Assembly: GCA_016935765.1 (NCBI GenBank)
Contig: JAFGQG010000082.1
Span: forward strand, 6,716 to 70,715
DNA from: a bacterium
GTDB taxonomy: Bacteria; UBP14; UBA6098; JAFGQG01
Length of the DNA stretch: 64,000 nucleotides
Direction: 5' to 3'
Below the pieces are notes generated by a model, which was not told the origin of the DNA, did not search any database, and worked only from the letters and a program-made list of their open reading frames with translations. The position numbers and the translations under genes are program-made. The stretch's first letter is position 1, and every line of letters begins with the position of its first letter. This document shows positions 26,201-36,900 of the stretch, piece by piece.

Positions 26201-29200
26201 TTAATATTTTATGATATAATTTACCACCTGATAGGGTTGAATGTTATTATGGGAGTCGTTTCCACCTTCAAAATATATAGTATGGCTATGATTTCCATCC
26301 CATGTAGTTTCTTCCCAACCGTTGATTCCACAACCGTAACCTGAGCCACAATTTGCATTACTGACTGTAATATGTGAGCCGCCCGAGCCGCCCCCTCCGT
26401 CATCAAAACCGGTCTCATGGTTATGCCCGCCATTGTGTGATGTAGAACCTCCATGGTCATGACTGGGCATTTCCGCTATTGTTAATGTATGGTCTTTTTC
26501 ACCGCCGGTTTCACCAAGGTTATCAAACTCTGAGTCTGAGGTACTTTTCCCAACAGGAATTCGACCACGAAGGTCAGGCAAATTAAATGAGCTGCCACTT
26601 CCTCCATAATTATAACCAATAACATTAAAAAGCTCTAAATAAGTTGCGGAGTCTGTTGATGAGCCATTACATAGGAACCATCCTTCAGGAGCTGAAGAAC
26701 CTCCGTAAGGAAGAATAGTCCCGACGGGCATTACATATCCGGTTTTGTCTTTGATTCTGCCATTGACCTCGAGTTTTGCCGAAGGATTCTCCTCTCCTAT
26801 CCCTACATCACCGCTGAAGTAGCTTTTGGTTCCTTCGAAATAACCAGCGAACCCGTCATCTGCTTCCCCATAGATACCGATACCGTTAGTAGCAGTTGCA
26901 TGTCCGTAAGTTCCATACATTCCTGCTTTACCGTAAACACCATAGCTGTTTGAGCCGGTTCCGTATCCGTAAACGCCATAAGTTTTACCACGACCGTAAA
27001 CACCGTATCCTGTTCCACCCGCGCCCGGAGTTTCACCATCTCCATAAATACCATAAACCCTGCTGCCACCGCTTGCTTCTCCATACATTCCGTAGAATTC
27101 GCTTCCGGGTGCAATCCCCTCTGCAGTACCTGCAGCAGAACGAATTCCATATCCATCGGACGCAGCATCACCAAACCTGGCTAAATACATACCATACCAT
27201 TCACCAGCGTAAGCATCGTTTTGATCGTAAAAATACAATCCCCAGGTTGTATCCTTTTCAAAAATATGGAAGTCCACATATTCTATACCTGGTGTTTCGG
27301 TTACAGGCGCAATGTATCCGCCTTCATCTGCCCATAGGTTGAGAAGATCGAATACATTAGCCTGGGAAGACCATGTGGAATCGATCCACCATATAAAGAA
27401 ATCGCCAAATTCAAGATCGCCTTCATCTATTACTACATCCCCAAGGTCACCAATGGAATGGTTCGCGAACAATTCCTGCTGGGACATCGGTACCCAGTTT
27501 GTGCTATCCCAGTGAAGGAGGTTGCAGAATTCCACTCCGGAAGTATCAACATCTAGAAGTTCGTTAATACTATTGTCCGATATATCGTCCTTATCCAAAG
27601 GAAGGAACATGTCGAGTTCGATGGAGTGTTCGACAATTCTGAGAGTATTCCAGAGGGTATCATCCTCATCGACCGGCTCCCATATAAGTGAATCGATAAG
27701 CTCGTTGTCCATGTCCGCATCGTTGTCGGTGCGTGGTTTCCAGAGACTGTCGTCGCTATCCCAGGCAAGAACCTGGTCATGCTCTATTGCGCCGATCATT
27801 ACATCCTGGAGGTCGTTCAGGACGACAAATGAATCCTCGTAAACGCTAAGAGTGTCCCAGTTAACACCGAGAATATTGCCGGGTGTACCATCGCCGATTA
27901 TAGAGTTGTTATGGATGATGATCTGAGTTCCCCAGTTATCTCCGAGACCGCCGGGACCTATTGATACGGGTCGCCATTCGTTTGCTGCCTGCACCCATGT
28001 GAGTACTTGCGCGTCAGTAACGCCGACGTCACCCACATCTGCAAGGTCGCTTAAAGTAACAGTATTCTCAAAATAATCAGTGACTGCTGCCCAATTTATT
28101 TTTAAAGAATCAGTTGGAGTGCCGTCACCGAGAAGGGATGTATCGGTAGTGACTACTTGGGTTCCCCAGTTATCCGCGCCGGTAGTGCCGCCAACGTCGT
28201 TAGCAGGGCGCCACTCGCCTGCGATCGCTATCCATTTAAGCACCTGACCATCCACGAGTCCAACGGTATTTACATCTCCCAGGTCCGGAAGATCGATCGC
28301 GCCGATTTCCCCCAAATTCTGCCAGTCACATAAACCAAGACTATCTACGGTAAGAACCTGGCTTTTGTCGCCGAAACCGTTCCCGAAATCCATACCTCCG
28401 AGAATCTTCACATTACCATTCACGTGAAGTTGCTCCTCAGGAGATAGTACACCGATTCCAACCTGCCCCGTGTGGTAGATCGCTCCGGTCAAGCCGGCAC
28501 CTGTATCATACGCCCAATCGTTATCATCTACCGCATCGTCAGCATCAGCAAATTCAGGAGGCATGTTCCTTATGTTACCCCAGTATGCTATAGTGGTATC
28601 TACGTTGTCAATGGTGTCCGCGAAGCCTGATGGTATATTTTTCAAATCATCCCAATCAGCTTTAGTGGTATCTATGTTATCGATATTATCCGCAAAACCA
28701 GCGGGAATGTTTCTCAAGTTACCCCAATGCGCGATTACCGTGTCGAAATCGTCGCCATCATCAATATCGGGGGGTATATTGGTGATGTCACCCCAGTCAA
28801 CCGCGCCGGCTTGAGCCGCGAAATCGACGGTAATGTTGTCAGGAACCTGGGCATCTGTTGCTGCCCCGGTCAGGTCGGTAAAACCATGTGTGTGAGTGGT
28901 GTCTGAGTAAGCCTGGAGTGTGTCCCAATCAGCATCAGTTATATATCCAACATCATTAGTAAGGAGAGAAATATTATCTCCTTCCATGATAGCGTTCTCA
29001 AGGTGCCCCACTGAGTCTGCGTAAATAGCCCTGATAGCAAAAAACTCCGAGACTAACTGCTGCCTGGGAATGAGAGCGTCTCCGTTTACTGAAATCTGGA
29101 GGTAGTATGGTCCACCTGCAAAATCAAGATTAATAGGATTTACGCTTCCAAGAACAACATCGAAAAGCCCATTAGTAACCGGGGCATTCCAGTGAGTTTC

Positions 29201-29380
29201 CGTCCATAATGAGCCACCGCCTGTTGCTGCTGGGAATATTGTGAATTGTATGTTCCTCGTGCCGTTTATGCCGACGCCAGCAGTATTTGTTAATTTCCCC
29301 TGGTAATTCACCAGGCGAGGAACGGCAAAAGACATGCTAAAACAAAATAAAATAAAAATGATTATTAATGTCCTACGCAT
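26201..29380 (-). CDS. Secreted tail-fibre-like protein F4. It has the conserved N-terminal domain, 3.5 acidic repeats, a shaft, a Gly/Tyr junction and a C-terminal phage tail-collar domain.
   Basis: 1059-aa ORF with signal peptide MRRTLIIIFILFCFSMSFA followed by VPRLVNYQGKLT. The RBS is AAGGAG. The C-terminus reads PVGTILPYGGSSAPEGWFLCNGSSTDSATYLELFNVIGYNYGGSGSSFNLPDLRGRIPVG .. HTLTIAEMPSHDH .. SHNNIQPYQVVNYIIKY. Confidence 0.9.
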   Translation of the reverse strand: MRRTLIIIFILFCFSMSFAVPRLVNYQGKLTNTAGVGINGTRNIQFTIFPAATGGGSLWTETHWNAPVTNGLFDVVLGSVNPINLDFAGGPYYLQISVNGDALIPRQQLVSEFFAIRAIYADSVGHLENAIMEGDNISLLTNDVGYITDADWDTLQAYSDTTHTHGFTDLTGAATDAQVPDNITVDFAAQAGAVDWGDITNIPPDIDDGDDFDTVIAHWGNLRNIPAGFADNIDNIDTTKADWDDLKNIPSGFADTIDNVDTTIAYWGNIRNMPPEFADADDAVDDNDWAYDTGAGLTGAIYHTGQVGIGVLSPEEQLHVNGNVKILGGMDFGNGFGDKSQVLTVDSLGLCDWQNLGEIGAIDLPDLGDVNTVGLVDGQVLKWIAIAGEWRPANDVGGTTGADNWGTQVVTTDTSLLGDGTPTDSLKINWAAVTDYFENTVTLSDLADVGDVGVTDAQVLTWVQAANEWRPVSIGPGGLGDNWGTQIIIHNNSIIGDGTPGNILGVNWDTLSVYEDSFVVLNDLQDVMIGAIEHDQVLAWDSDDSLWKPRTDNDADMDNELIDSLIWEPVDEDDTLWNTLRIVEHSIELDMFLPLDKDDISDNSINELLDVDTSGVEFCNLLHWDSTNWVPMSQQELFANHSIGDLGDVVIDEGDLEFGDFFIWWIDSTWSSQANVFDLLNLWADEGGYIAPVTETPGIEYVDFHIFEKDTTWGLYFYDQNDAYAGEWYGMYLARFGDAASDGYGIRSAAGTAEGIAPGSEFYGMYGEASGGSRVYGIYGDGETPGAGGTGYGVYGRGKTYGVYGYGTGSNSYGVYGKAGMYGTYGHATATNGIGIYGEADDGFAGYFEGTKSYFSGDVGIGEENPSAKLEVNGRIKDKTGYVMPVGTILPYGGSSAPEGWFLCNGSSTDSATYLELFNVIGYNYGGSGSSFNLPDLRGRIPVGKSTSDSEFDNLGETGGEKDHTLTIAEMPSHDHGGSTSHNGGHNHETGFDDGGGGSGGSHITVSNANCGSGYGCGINGWEETTWDGNHSHTIYFEGGNDSHNNIQPYQVVNYIIKY
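28553..28800 (-). repeat. In-frame 69-72 bp acidic tandem repeat, about 3.5 copies, in F4 (boundaries approximate)
   Basis: NIPPDIDDGDDFDTVIAHWGNLR / NIPAGFADNIDNIDTTKADWDDLK / NIPSGFADTIDNVDTTIAYWGNIR / NMPPEFADADDAVDDNDW. Confidence 0.8.
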
Positions 29381-29736
29381 TCTTGCTCCTTTTTGTTTTG
29401 TAATAATTGTATAATTGAATTACTTGATAAAGAATTAATCAGAATAGCACTGTGGAAAGCGTGAAAATAAAAATAAGATTTCCTTGAGGGTTTCTTTCAG
29501 CCTTTCTTTTACAATATTTAGATTATTTGCACCATATTAACTATTTTAAATATCTCTATGTTATTCAAATGTTAAATCACATTATAAAATCTAATATAAT
29601 AATACGCAAGAAAAAAAGCACATTTTTATATTTTGTTACTTAGTTCTTTTACTTATATTAGTTTAGCCAAATAAAAAATGATTTATTGATTATTAATGGT
29701 TAAATTTGATATTATCGTATAATACTTATTTATGAT

Positions 29737-30903
29737 ATGGAGAAGGGTATGCGAAAATTCATAATTATCTTTACGGTTTTTATTATTCCTAGTTTTTTAT
29801 TAAATCTGTGCTGTTCTGACAAAGGCACAAACGGGGATGATGGGAACGGTGATGAATATACAGCAACACAGCAGGTTGAATTAGTCGCTTCTAAAGTCAT
29901 CGAGGGATTGTTCATAGCAGAACCTATCTTTGCCCCTGACGGTAATGGTGGTTTCTATTTTATGGACAAGGAGAATCATGTCGATACTCAGAGATTCTAT
30001 CACATTGACAATGAAGGGGTTATAACGGACATTGGATTCAGACCTTCGAATCTCTCAGCAGCGTTAGGGTACGAGGGCGCTGCCGGGGATTTTACTGATC
30101 TGGGTTGTGATGCCAACGATTGGGTGTATTTCATACTGAATTTTGTGTACGAATCCGAGGATTATATATGGATACTCTATGCGAATCCAGTTGCGGAATC
30201 CTTGAGAGTATGGGCTTCGGACAATCAACTCCATACTGTTTTTGACGCTACCACTGCCGGAGCGTCCTATTTCACTTTTTACCGAACGCGAATGCAGGTT
30301 TGCCCCGATGGCAGTGTCTGGTTATACACAAACAATGGCGACAATCACGTAGTCATGTATTTATTCTACCAGGATGATATGCTGTATTATAGATGGGGTA
30401 ATATACCTACGCAGACCGGGGAACCTGACCACCCGATGCGTGTAAGTACAGGACTGGCGGCAGATGGCGATTTTTTCATTACCGACCACGATGCCTCGAT
30501 CGTATGGAGGTGTGACAAGGATGCAGGAGTTAGCGGGTTCATGAGCCTGGAAGGTTTCCCGAATACTACAAGCGCAATAGCGGAAGATGGATCAAATGCG
30601 CTTTACTTCGCTACTAATTACACGCTGGATTATGACATTTCTGTACTCGAGGAAGGATTCGATGGGGATGTAACGCTCCTTACCACGGTATTTACAGATG
30701 GTTATGACTGGCTATTTTTCGCGCCGAAGATTGGAGACCAATATTACCTGTTCAACTGGAACAGTTCGGATATCGCGCTGAACCTCGGTGGGGAGGAAGT
30801 ACCGCAGCTATGGCGCTTCATGCTCGATCCCGTCACGAATGAAGTTTTCACGATGGACGAATCGAACGGGGATATATATAAGTTGCTTTACGTTATCGAG
30901 TAG
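29737..30903 (+). CDS. Hypothetical lipoprotein, possibly beta-propeller-like. It is the only plus-strand gene inside the array.
   Basis: 388-aa ORF. The N-terminus MRKFIIIFTVFIIPSFLLNLCCSDKG is lipobox-like, and ATG 29749 is an alternative start. It has recurrent blade-like segments (FYFMDKEN, VWLYTNNGDNHVVMY, DGDFFITDHDASIVW, NALYFATNY, EVFTMDESNGDIYKL). I recognise no specific family. Confidence 0.6.
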   Translation: MEKGMRKFIIIFTVFIIPSFLLNLCCSDKGTNGDDGNGDEYTATQQVELVASKVIEGLFIAEPIFAPDGNGGFYFMDKENHVDTQRFYHIDNEGVITDIGFRPSNLSAALGYEGAAGDFTDLGCDANDWVYFILNFVYESEDYIWILYANPVAESLRVWASDNQLHTVFDATTAGASYFTFYRTRMQVCPDGSVWLYTNNGDNHVVMYLFYQDDMLYYRWGNIPTQTGEPDHPMRVSTGLAADGDFFITDHDASIVWRCDKDAGVSGFMSLEGFPNTTSAIAEDGSNALYFATNYTLDYDISVLEEGFDGDVTLLTTVFTDGYDWLFFAPKIGDQYYLFNWNSSDIALNLGGEEVPQLWRFMLDPVTNEVFTMDESNGDIYKLLYVIE

Positions 30904-30994
30904 GTTGGTGATGGTAACCTCCATTTCTCACAAATATTCTTTTTTTACTTTGTGTGAGTTAAAGACGAGATAACTGTTGTAAATTAATAATCCA

Positions 30995-33900
30995 CTAAAA
31001 ACTTATCAGCAGTTCATCTATATAAATTTCGTAATCACCAGGCATAACAATATTCGGTTTGTAAAAGAACACCGATATCTTTCTAACCTTTGTATTTTCG
31101 GGCAGCGGAGATAGGTTTACATTAACGTTTTCCCAGTGACCAACCGGATCCCTGCGAGTTGTGGGTTCGTACAAGAATCCCCTGTGGTCCCGCAAGCAAT
31201 ATTCGTACAGGTAAACGATGGTGCTGTCTTCGAGCATGAGTTCGAAATCGACGATGCAGTTACCATAGGCTAAAGGTGGTGTAAAATTATAGCAGATATT
31301 AAAATTAATGCTGCTGAAAGTGGTCAGTAAAAGTTCGTTGGGAGTAGGAAATTTGAACAGGTCGTATCTGAACCTTGCTGGGCTGAAGCCGTTGAACTCG
31401 CCCGAGATCTTCAAGTAATGATCTCCCTGGGTGGGAGTAGGAGCTAGTAACCCAGCGTCATCCACATGGTATATCTGACAGGTATCCAGCGCTGCATTAA
31501 TATTCTCGCTGAAGATCAAATTGTTCTCAATCATTGGAGGAGTAATCTCAGCAGGTTCGAAAGAACGGTAAAATGCTTTTCTCAACACGAAATTATCCAG
31601 GTAACCCTGGGTTTCGCCAGCGGTCTTTATCCAGACAGACTCCACCAGCCGGGTCGAATCAGGGAAGGGAGTGGGAACAGGATGCCTGAAATTAACCGAA
31701 GTAGTATTTATCACTGGAGGCATCCATTCGATATTCTCTTTTCCTGTAAGTTTATAACCCATTGAAAAACTTCCCCACGTAATCCAGGCGGAATACATCA
31801 TGAAAAGACATTGCTTGGCGCATAGTGTACAGGTTTCAGCATTATTAATATCGAAAAGGAGAGTGCTATCCGTTCCCGCGGAAAAGGATGATTTTATGTT
31901 CAATAATCCATTAGGTGAATTAGTATTTCTCCAATTCAAGATCCGTGGGTTGTAAATATCTTCCTCATCACCGGGAACATTGGAAGCGTAACCAAAGATT
32001 ATTCGAGGATCTTCCTCGTTAAAATTGGACACCATGAAACTATCCACATCGAGGACTGTAGTGTACATATCCTCATCAGCGATCCAGACCTTTGGCAATT
32101 TAAATGTCGAGTCGGTGGTATCCATGGCGAATTCAATATACCAGCTCCAGGATGTATCACCTGTAACTAGATCATACGCGAACCAGAGCCATGTGGTATC
32201 GTCGGTTCCAGACTCGACTTCAAAGTCCCAGGGTCCTATATAATTGCTGAGAAGAAGGCTGGCATAGGTGATCTTTGCATAATTGCTGTACAGTGAAGCA
32301 GCGGGTATGTTGTGAATGGAAATTTCTTCAACATCCACAATTTTGTCTCCGTTATTATCAGCTGTTGAAGTAAGGTTATCTCCAAAGGAGATGTGATAAG
32401 GTGAGACATAGACCTTATCCTTTCGCTGGAAGAGGCTAACCTGGTCAATGAATGCGCGCAAATTACCCACGCACGGCAGGTCGGTTTCATAGCGGATCAG
32501 AATATCTTTTACTATCCAATCGGTGAGGAAATCCGGTAAAACAACATCAATGTACCTCCAGAAATCACCTGATAGAGGTCTCCAGGCGAGATTTCCGTCC
32601 GGGTCACTCTCGTTTCTCCAGGTGGGGAAGAGCGAGTTGCCAAATTGATCCTCCAGAGGCTTATCAATGCTCCGGAGGTAGTCCAGCATAGAAACCGTAT
32701 CGCTGGTCTCGGGATTTATGAGTAGCAGGTCAACCACTACTTTTGGGGGATTCAACTGCTGTAAATCACTCCTGTTAATGTACATCTGTGGGGAGTGTTC
32801 CTGCCAAATATAGTATCCAAGGATAGTATACTCATCGATGCGATAGTCGAGGTTTTCGGGCAGCAGGGAGAATGTGAATTGGGGATTCCTGGTTTCGGTA
32901 ATATTCAAATCGAAGGGATCAAGGTAGGCGTTTACTTCAACTACAGTATCCCGGGGACCGTAAGCAAAAGTGTCGATTGGGATCGAAGTAGTGTAAAACG
33001 GGTCGGGAGTAGGGAGGCAGGCGAGAGTGCAAAGTGGAGTTCCCGGATTGTTATCCCAGGCTCGGCATGCGACCGCATCTCCTACCAAGGTGCTTGTATT
33101 GAAGCCGGAGGGAGGATGATTCTCTATCCCAAAATTCATGATAATATTTTTCTTCTGAATACTGAGGTTATCAATAAAAGCGTGTACCAGTCCGTCATTA
33201 TAGTTGGGATCATCCTCGTAACCAACCAGGATCGCAGTTATGGTTTTACCCGCAAAGGGTGCGAGAGAGGCGAACACACGATGAAAACCTGTTGTGGGAA
33301 AGCTTAGAGACCTCCATCCCGGATGCATTCTGTCTCCGTTTATATCTACGAATGCAGATTCAGTGATGGCGCGCGTGTTGTCGCTGAAGAGAAAATCGAT
33401 GCATACCTGCTTACCCAGGGCAGTACGTGGCCAGAGCAGATAGGATAACTCCATATCCTGCGAAACATTTATATTGGCATTAAACAGTTTGAAATACACG
33501 TAGCTATTATCCCAAACTCCAGCACCCTCTCCTGAAATATCTTCACAAATAACCTGTAATGCTCTGTTTCCATCACCCACAAAGGTGAAGGTATCACACA
33601 TGAATTCGAAGCCGAATGCGTTATCACGGGCAATATTACCCATTTCCCAAATATTTTCGGTATAACCGAAGGGATTGAAGCGGGATTCATCTCCATCCCA
33701 TGTAACCATGAACTTGCCATTCCAGTAAAGGTTTGGATCGCGGAAGTACTTTTCCACCCAGTCTGCGAGGCCGTTCCGGTTAGCATCCATATATTTATCA
33801 TCGTTCTGGGAGTTGTAACCACCGGAATTATAAAGCCATGGTACAAAGTCAAAATGACTAGTCGTAGTTCTAGGAGAATGGTTGAGAACATCATCCCAAC

Positions 33901-36900
33901 AGAGGCTATCCGGGGGGTTTCCACTTGGTCTATCCGGGTAAACTGTGTCTCCATCGAAGGTTTCAACAGGTACTCGTATCCCTTCGGTCTGAGTCAGAAA
34001 GTGAATTTCATCGCCATCATAAGCATTATAGTAAGAGTTATCGGTGTTCCGGTTCAGAGGATCCAAACCCTGTATTATTTCAGAGCCATCCAGCAATCCA
34101 TCTCCATCAGTATCCGGATTATATGGATTCGTTCCGAAAATAGCTTCCATCTGGTCTTCGAGAGTATCAGCATCCTGGTCTGCGATGTAATAAAACATGA
34201 AGACATCACCCGGTCTCAGGATGGTATTTTCCCCCAGGTATTTCGAACCATCTGAACGTTCGGGCAAGTATTCAAGCCTGTCTGGATTGGTTATAGTGTC
34301 GATGGAAGAGATAATCAGCCATCTTCCATAGCAAACAACAGAATCATCCGGGTCGGTGCAGTCTTCAGGTAAAACCCTTGAACCATAGTCGTTATTGGGT
34401 AGTTTTCCCACCTGGTAAAGGGATTCCACAGTTCCTGAAGCCCAATAGAACTGCTCAATCTTGGGAGGTCCATCACCGAGGGGCGAGTAAAGATCGATGA
34501 ACTCACCCAGGTAGTAGAATGAGTCTGAGGGATGGGTGATTGTGGAAGGTATGTCCTCTTCATCCCTGATGGGGGTTTCCTTGAGCATGTTCATATAAAC
34601 TGTTTCGTGAGGATAGACACAGATAAGAGTTACATAACTCCTGTTTGCAGCCCTGATGGAGGTGTAATCGCAGCGGTTATTGCAGGAAAAGACTCCGTCC
34701 GCGCCGGTGTTATAACCTGCTGGTTGCCGCTCTGTTATCAGCATTTCTTTATTGTCAGCAAAATGATTTATGAATTTTCTGTACACATTGCTTGTGGTGC
34801 TAGTTGTCAATTTATTAAGCCCTTCATTTATGTCAGATGATAAGCCAAGTAAAGTAGCTGTAGCAGTACGTGTACTGAATTTTTCTGTGGTTTCAACTAC
34901 TCCATCGAAAACCTTTGAATCCCCAATATCCGTTATCAATGTATCATCCTCGGTAACCTCCATCTGCAGGTTCATCATGGCTTTATAAACTGCAAGGCTT
35001 GGAATGGAATCTTCACTTCCCATTGTGATTACTGATCCAAGGTAATCATATAGTATATTTTCCCATTTTACTTCTACAACTGCGAAAAGTTCTCCTCCTA
35101 ATCCACCGCCTCCACCGATTGTGTCAATAACAAGCGTATCGAATTCGGTAACGAAGGTGGATGGTATTAAACCGTCGATACCAGTAATTACCTGCGCAGG
35201 CGCGAATATCTTTTTAGGATTACCGGGCCAGTATAAATTCATTGGAACACTGAAGTAGTTATCTCCATAAGGATTGTAATCGAAGGGCTCTGTCCCTATG
35301 TTTGTAAGTTCAAGCCAGGTGATTAATCTTGCCTGGCTGTAATCATAGGAAATAGTAGTATTGAAATCCCAGCTTTCCGTAATGCCGACGCGGGAAAAAG
35401 TATTGTGTTCATCTATAATGGCGGAGGCTGATCTCAAGCCGGGGAAACTCCATGAAAATCCGTAAAATTCGTTACTAACTCCCCAACTCCACATATCCAC
35501 TTCCCAGCCTCCCCTTTTTTGGACAAGGTTTTCATCGGTTTCCTCGGCGGCAGTTTCGATTCCTCTCCCACTAGATATCACATCGCTAAACGGTAAGCGG
35601 ATAAATTGCTGAGTCCGCTCCATTTTCAATTTAGGATAAGCGGGTATTAGAGGGTGGCAGCCGTTACGTACCACGAAGGGAAGTGGGTCATCAAGTGGGT
35701 AGGGATAAACAGGTCCAGGATAGCCCTCAGAGCCTGATTTGTAGAACCAACTCATCCACTCGGAGCGGTCAGAGTACTGGTCCCAGTCGGAGGAGGCGCA
35801 CCATGGGTCGAGGGGACCAAGTCCGAATTGAGGGAGGTAATACAACTCAGCGCCGTTAGGTATGGAATCCTGGTCCATGTCCTGGATCCATGAAACCCAG
35901 TCGGGTCGCGGTGGCAGGAAATGCTGCTGGAGTACAGTATTATCCCGGGGAGCTCCCGGTGTGTTATTTGAATGCCGAAGCAATGGACAGCTATGCCACA
36001 AATATTCGTAATAATCCTTGAGTCCGTCACCGTCCGTATCGTAATCGTTTGGATTGGTCTTTATAAATACGAATTCAAAACCCATGACTGTTTCAATTAT
36101 TATGTAATTTCTAAGGTTCAACCACCCGGTAGATGAGTCCATGATCTCGTACGTCCAGAGGTAAGGTAATCTCAAGTCCTCCTCCCAGTAGTGGATACCG
36201 TAATCGAGGTAACCTGATCCTCCGAAGATGGTGCCATCGATCTCCAGGTCGTTGGGAAGCCCATCTCGGTCCCAGTCATCCAAACTGTCTAATACTCCCC
36301 AGGGGGTTATGTCAGCAAAGATATGGTAAGTGCTGCGGTTTGCATAGCTGAATAGGGCTTCCTCACCGTATAGTTTGTAAATATACTGTTTTCGAACACG
36401 TTCGACCAATTCGCTGGCTTCATCTACCTGGTTCTGGCGAATCAGTCTTTGGTGCTTGAACTTAATGGGAGGACCGAACCTTTTTGATTGAGGCTTGATT
36501 GTTGTCGAAGGATTACCATCATCAGTGTACCTGCGCGGTTGTGAAGCGCGCAGCTCCTCGGCTTCGAATTGCTCAGTAAGCGGTGGAAGCATCCCCATCT
36601 CGAAGTACATTTCAAAGTCGTTGAATTCTTTGCCCTCGGTGTATGGATCAAGAGGATCTGAGTTCAACGCTATCTCCATAATATCGGAAATTCCATCACC
36701 ATCACTGTCATCGGACGTCAATGAAAGTCCCAGTATTTCTTTTGCTTGGCTTGATAATGAACCTCTTGAAAACAAATTTGTGAGTCTCGAAGATGGTAGA
36801 TGATAACCTGGTATCTTTTCATAATCACATTTCAAGTCGATGCAGTAGTTATATGGATTACCATCGGGTATTGGAGCTCCACCATCGAATTTAGCGTCAC

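Noticed and set aside
30910-30960. Hairpin CTCACAAA..TTTGTGTGAG downstream of the lipoprotein gene as a rho-independent terminator
   Set aside because: The T-run lies in the loop, not after the stem. The stem is AT-rich and imperfect, and neither strand has a 3' U-tract. It is reported only as part of a dispersed repeat.
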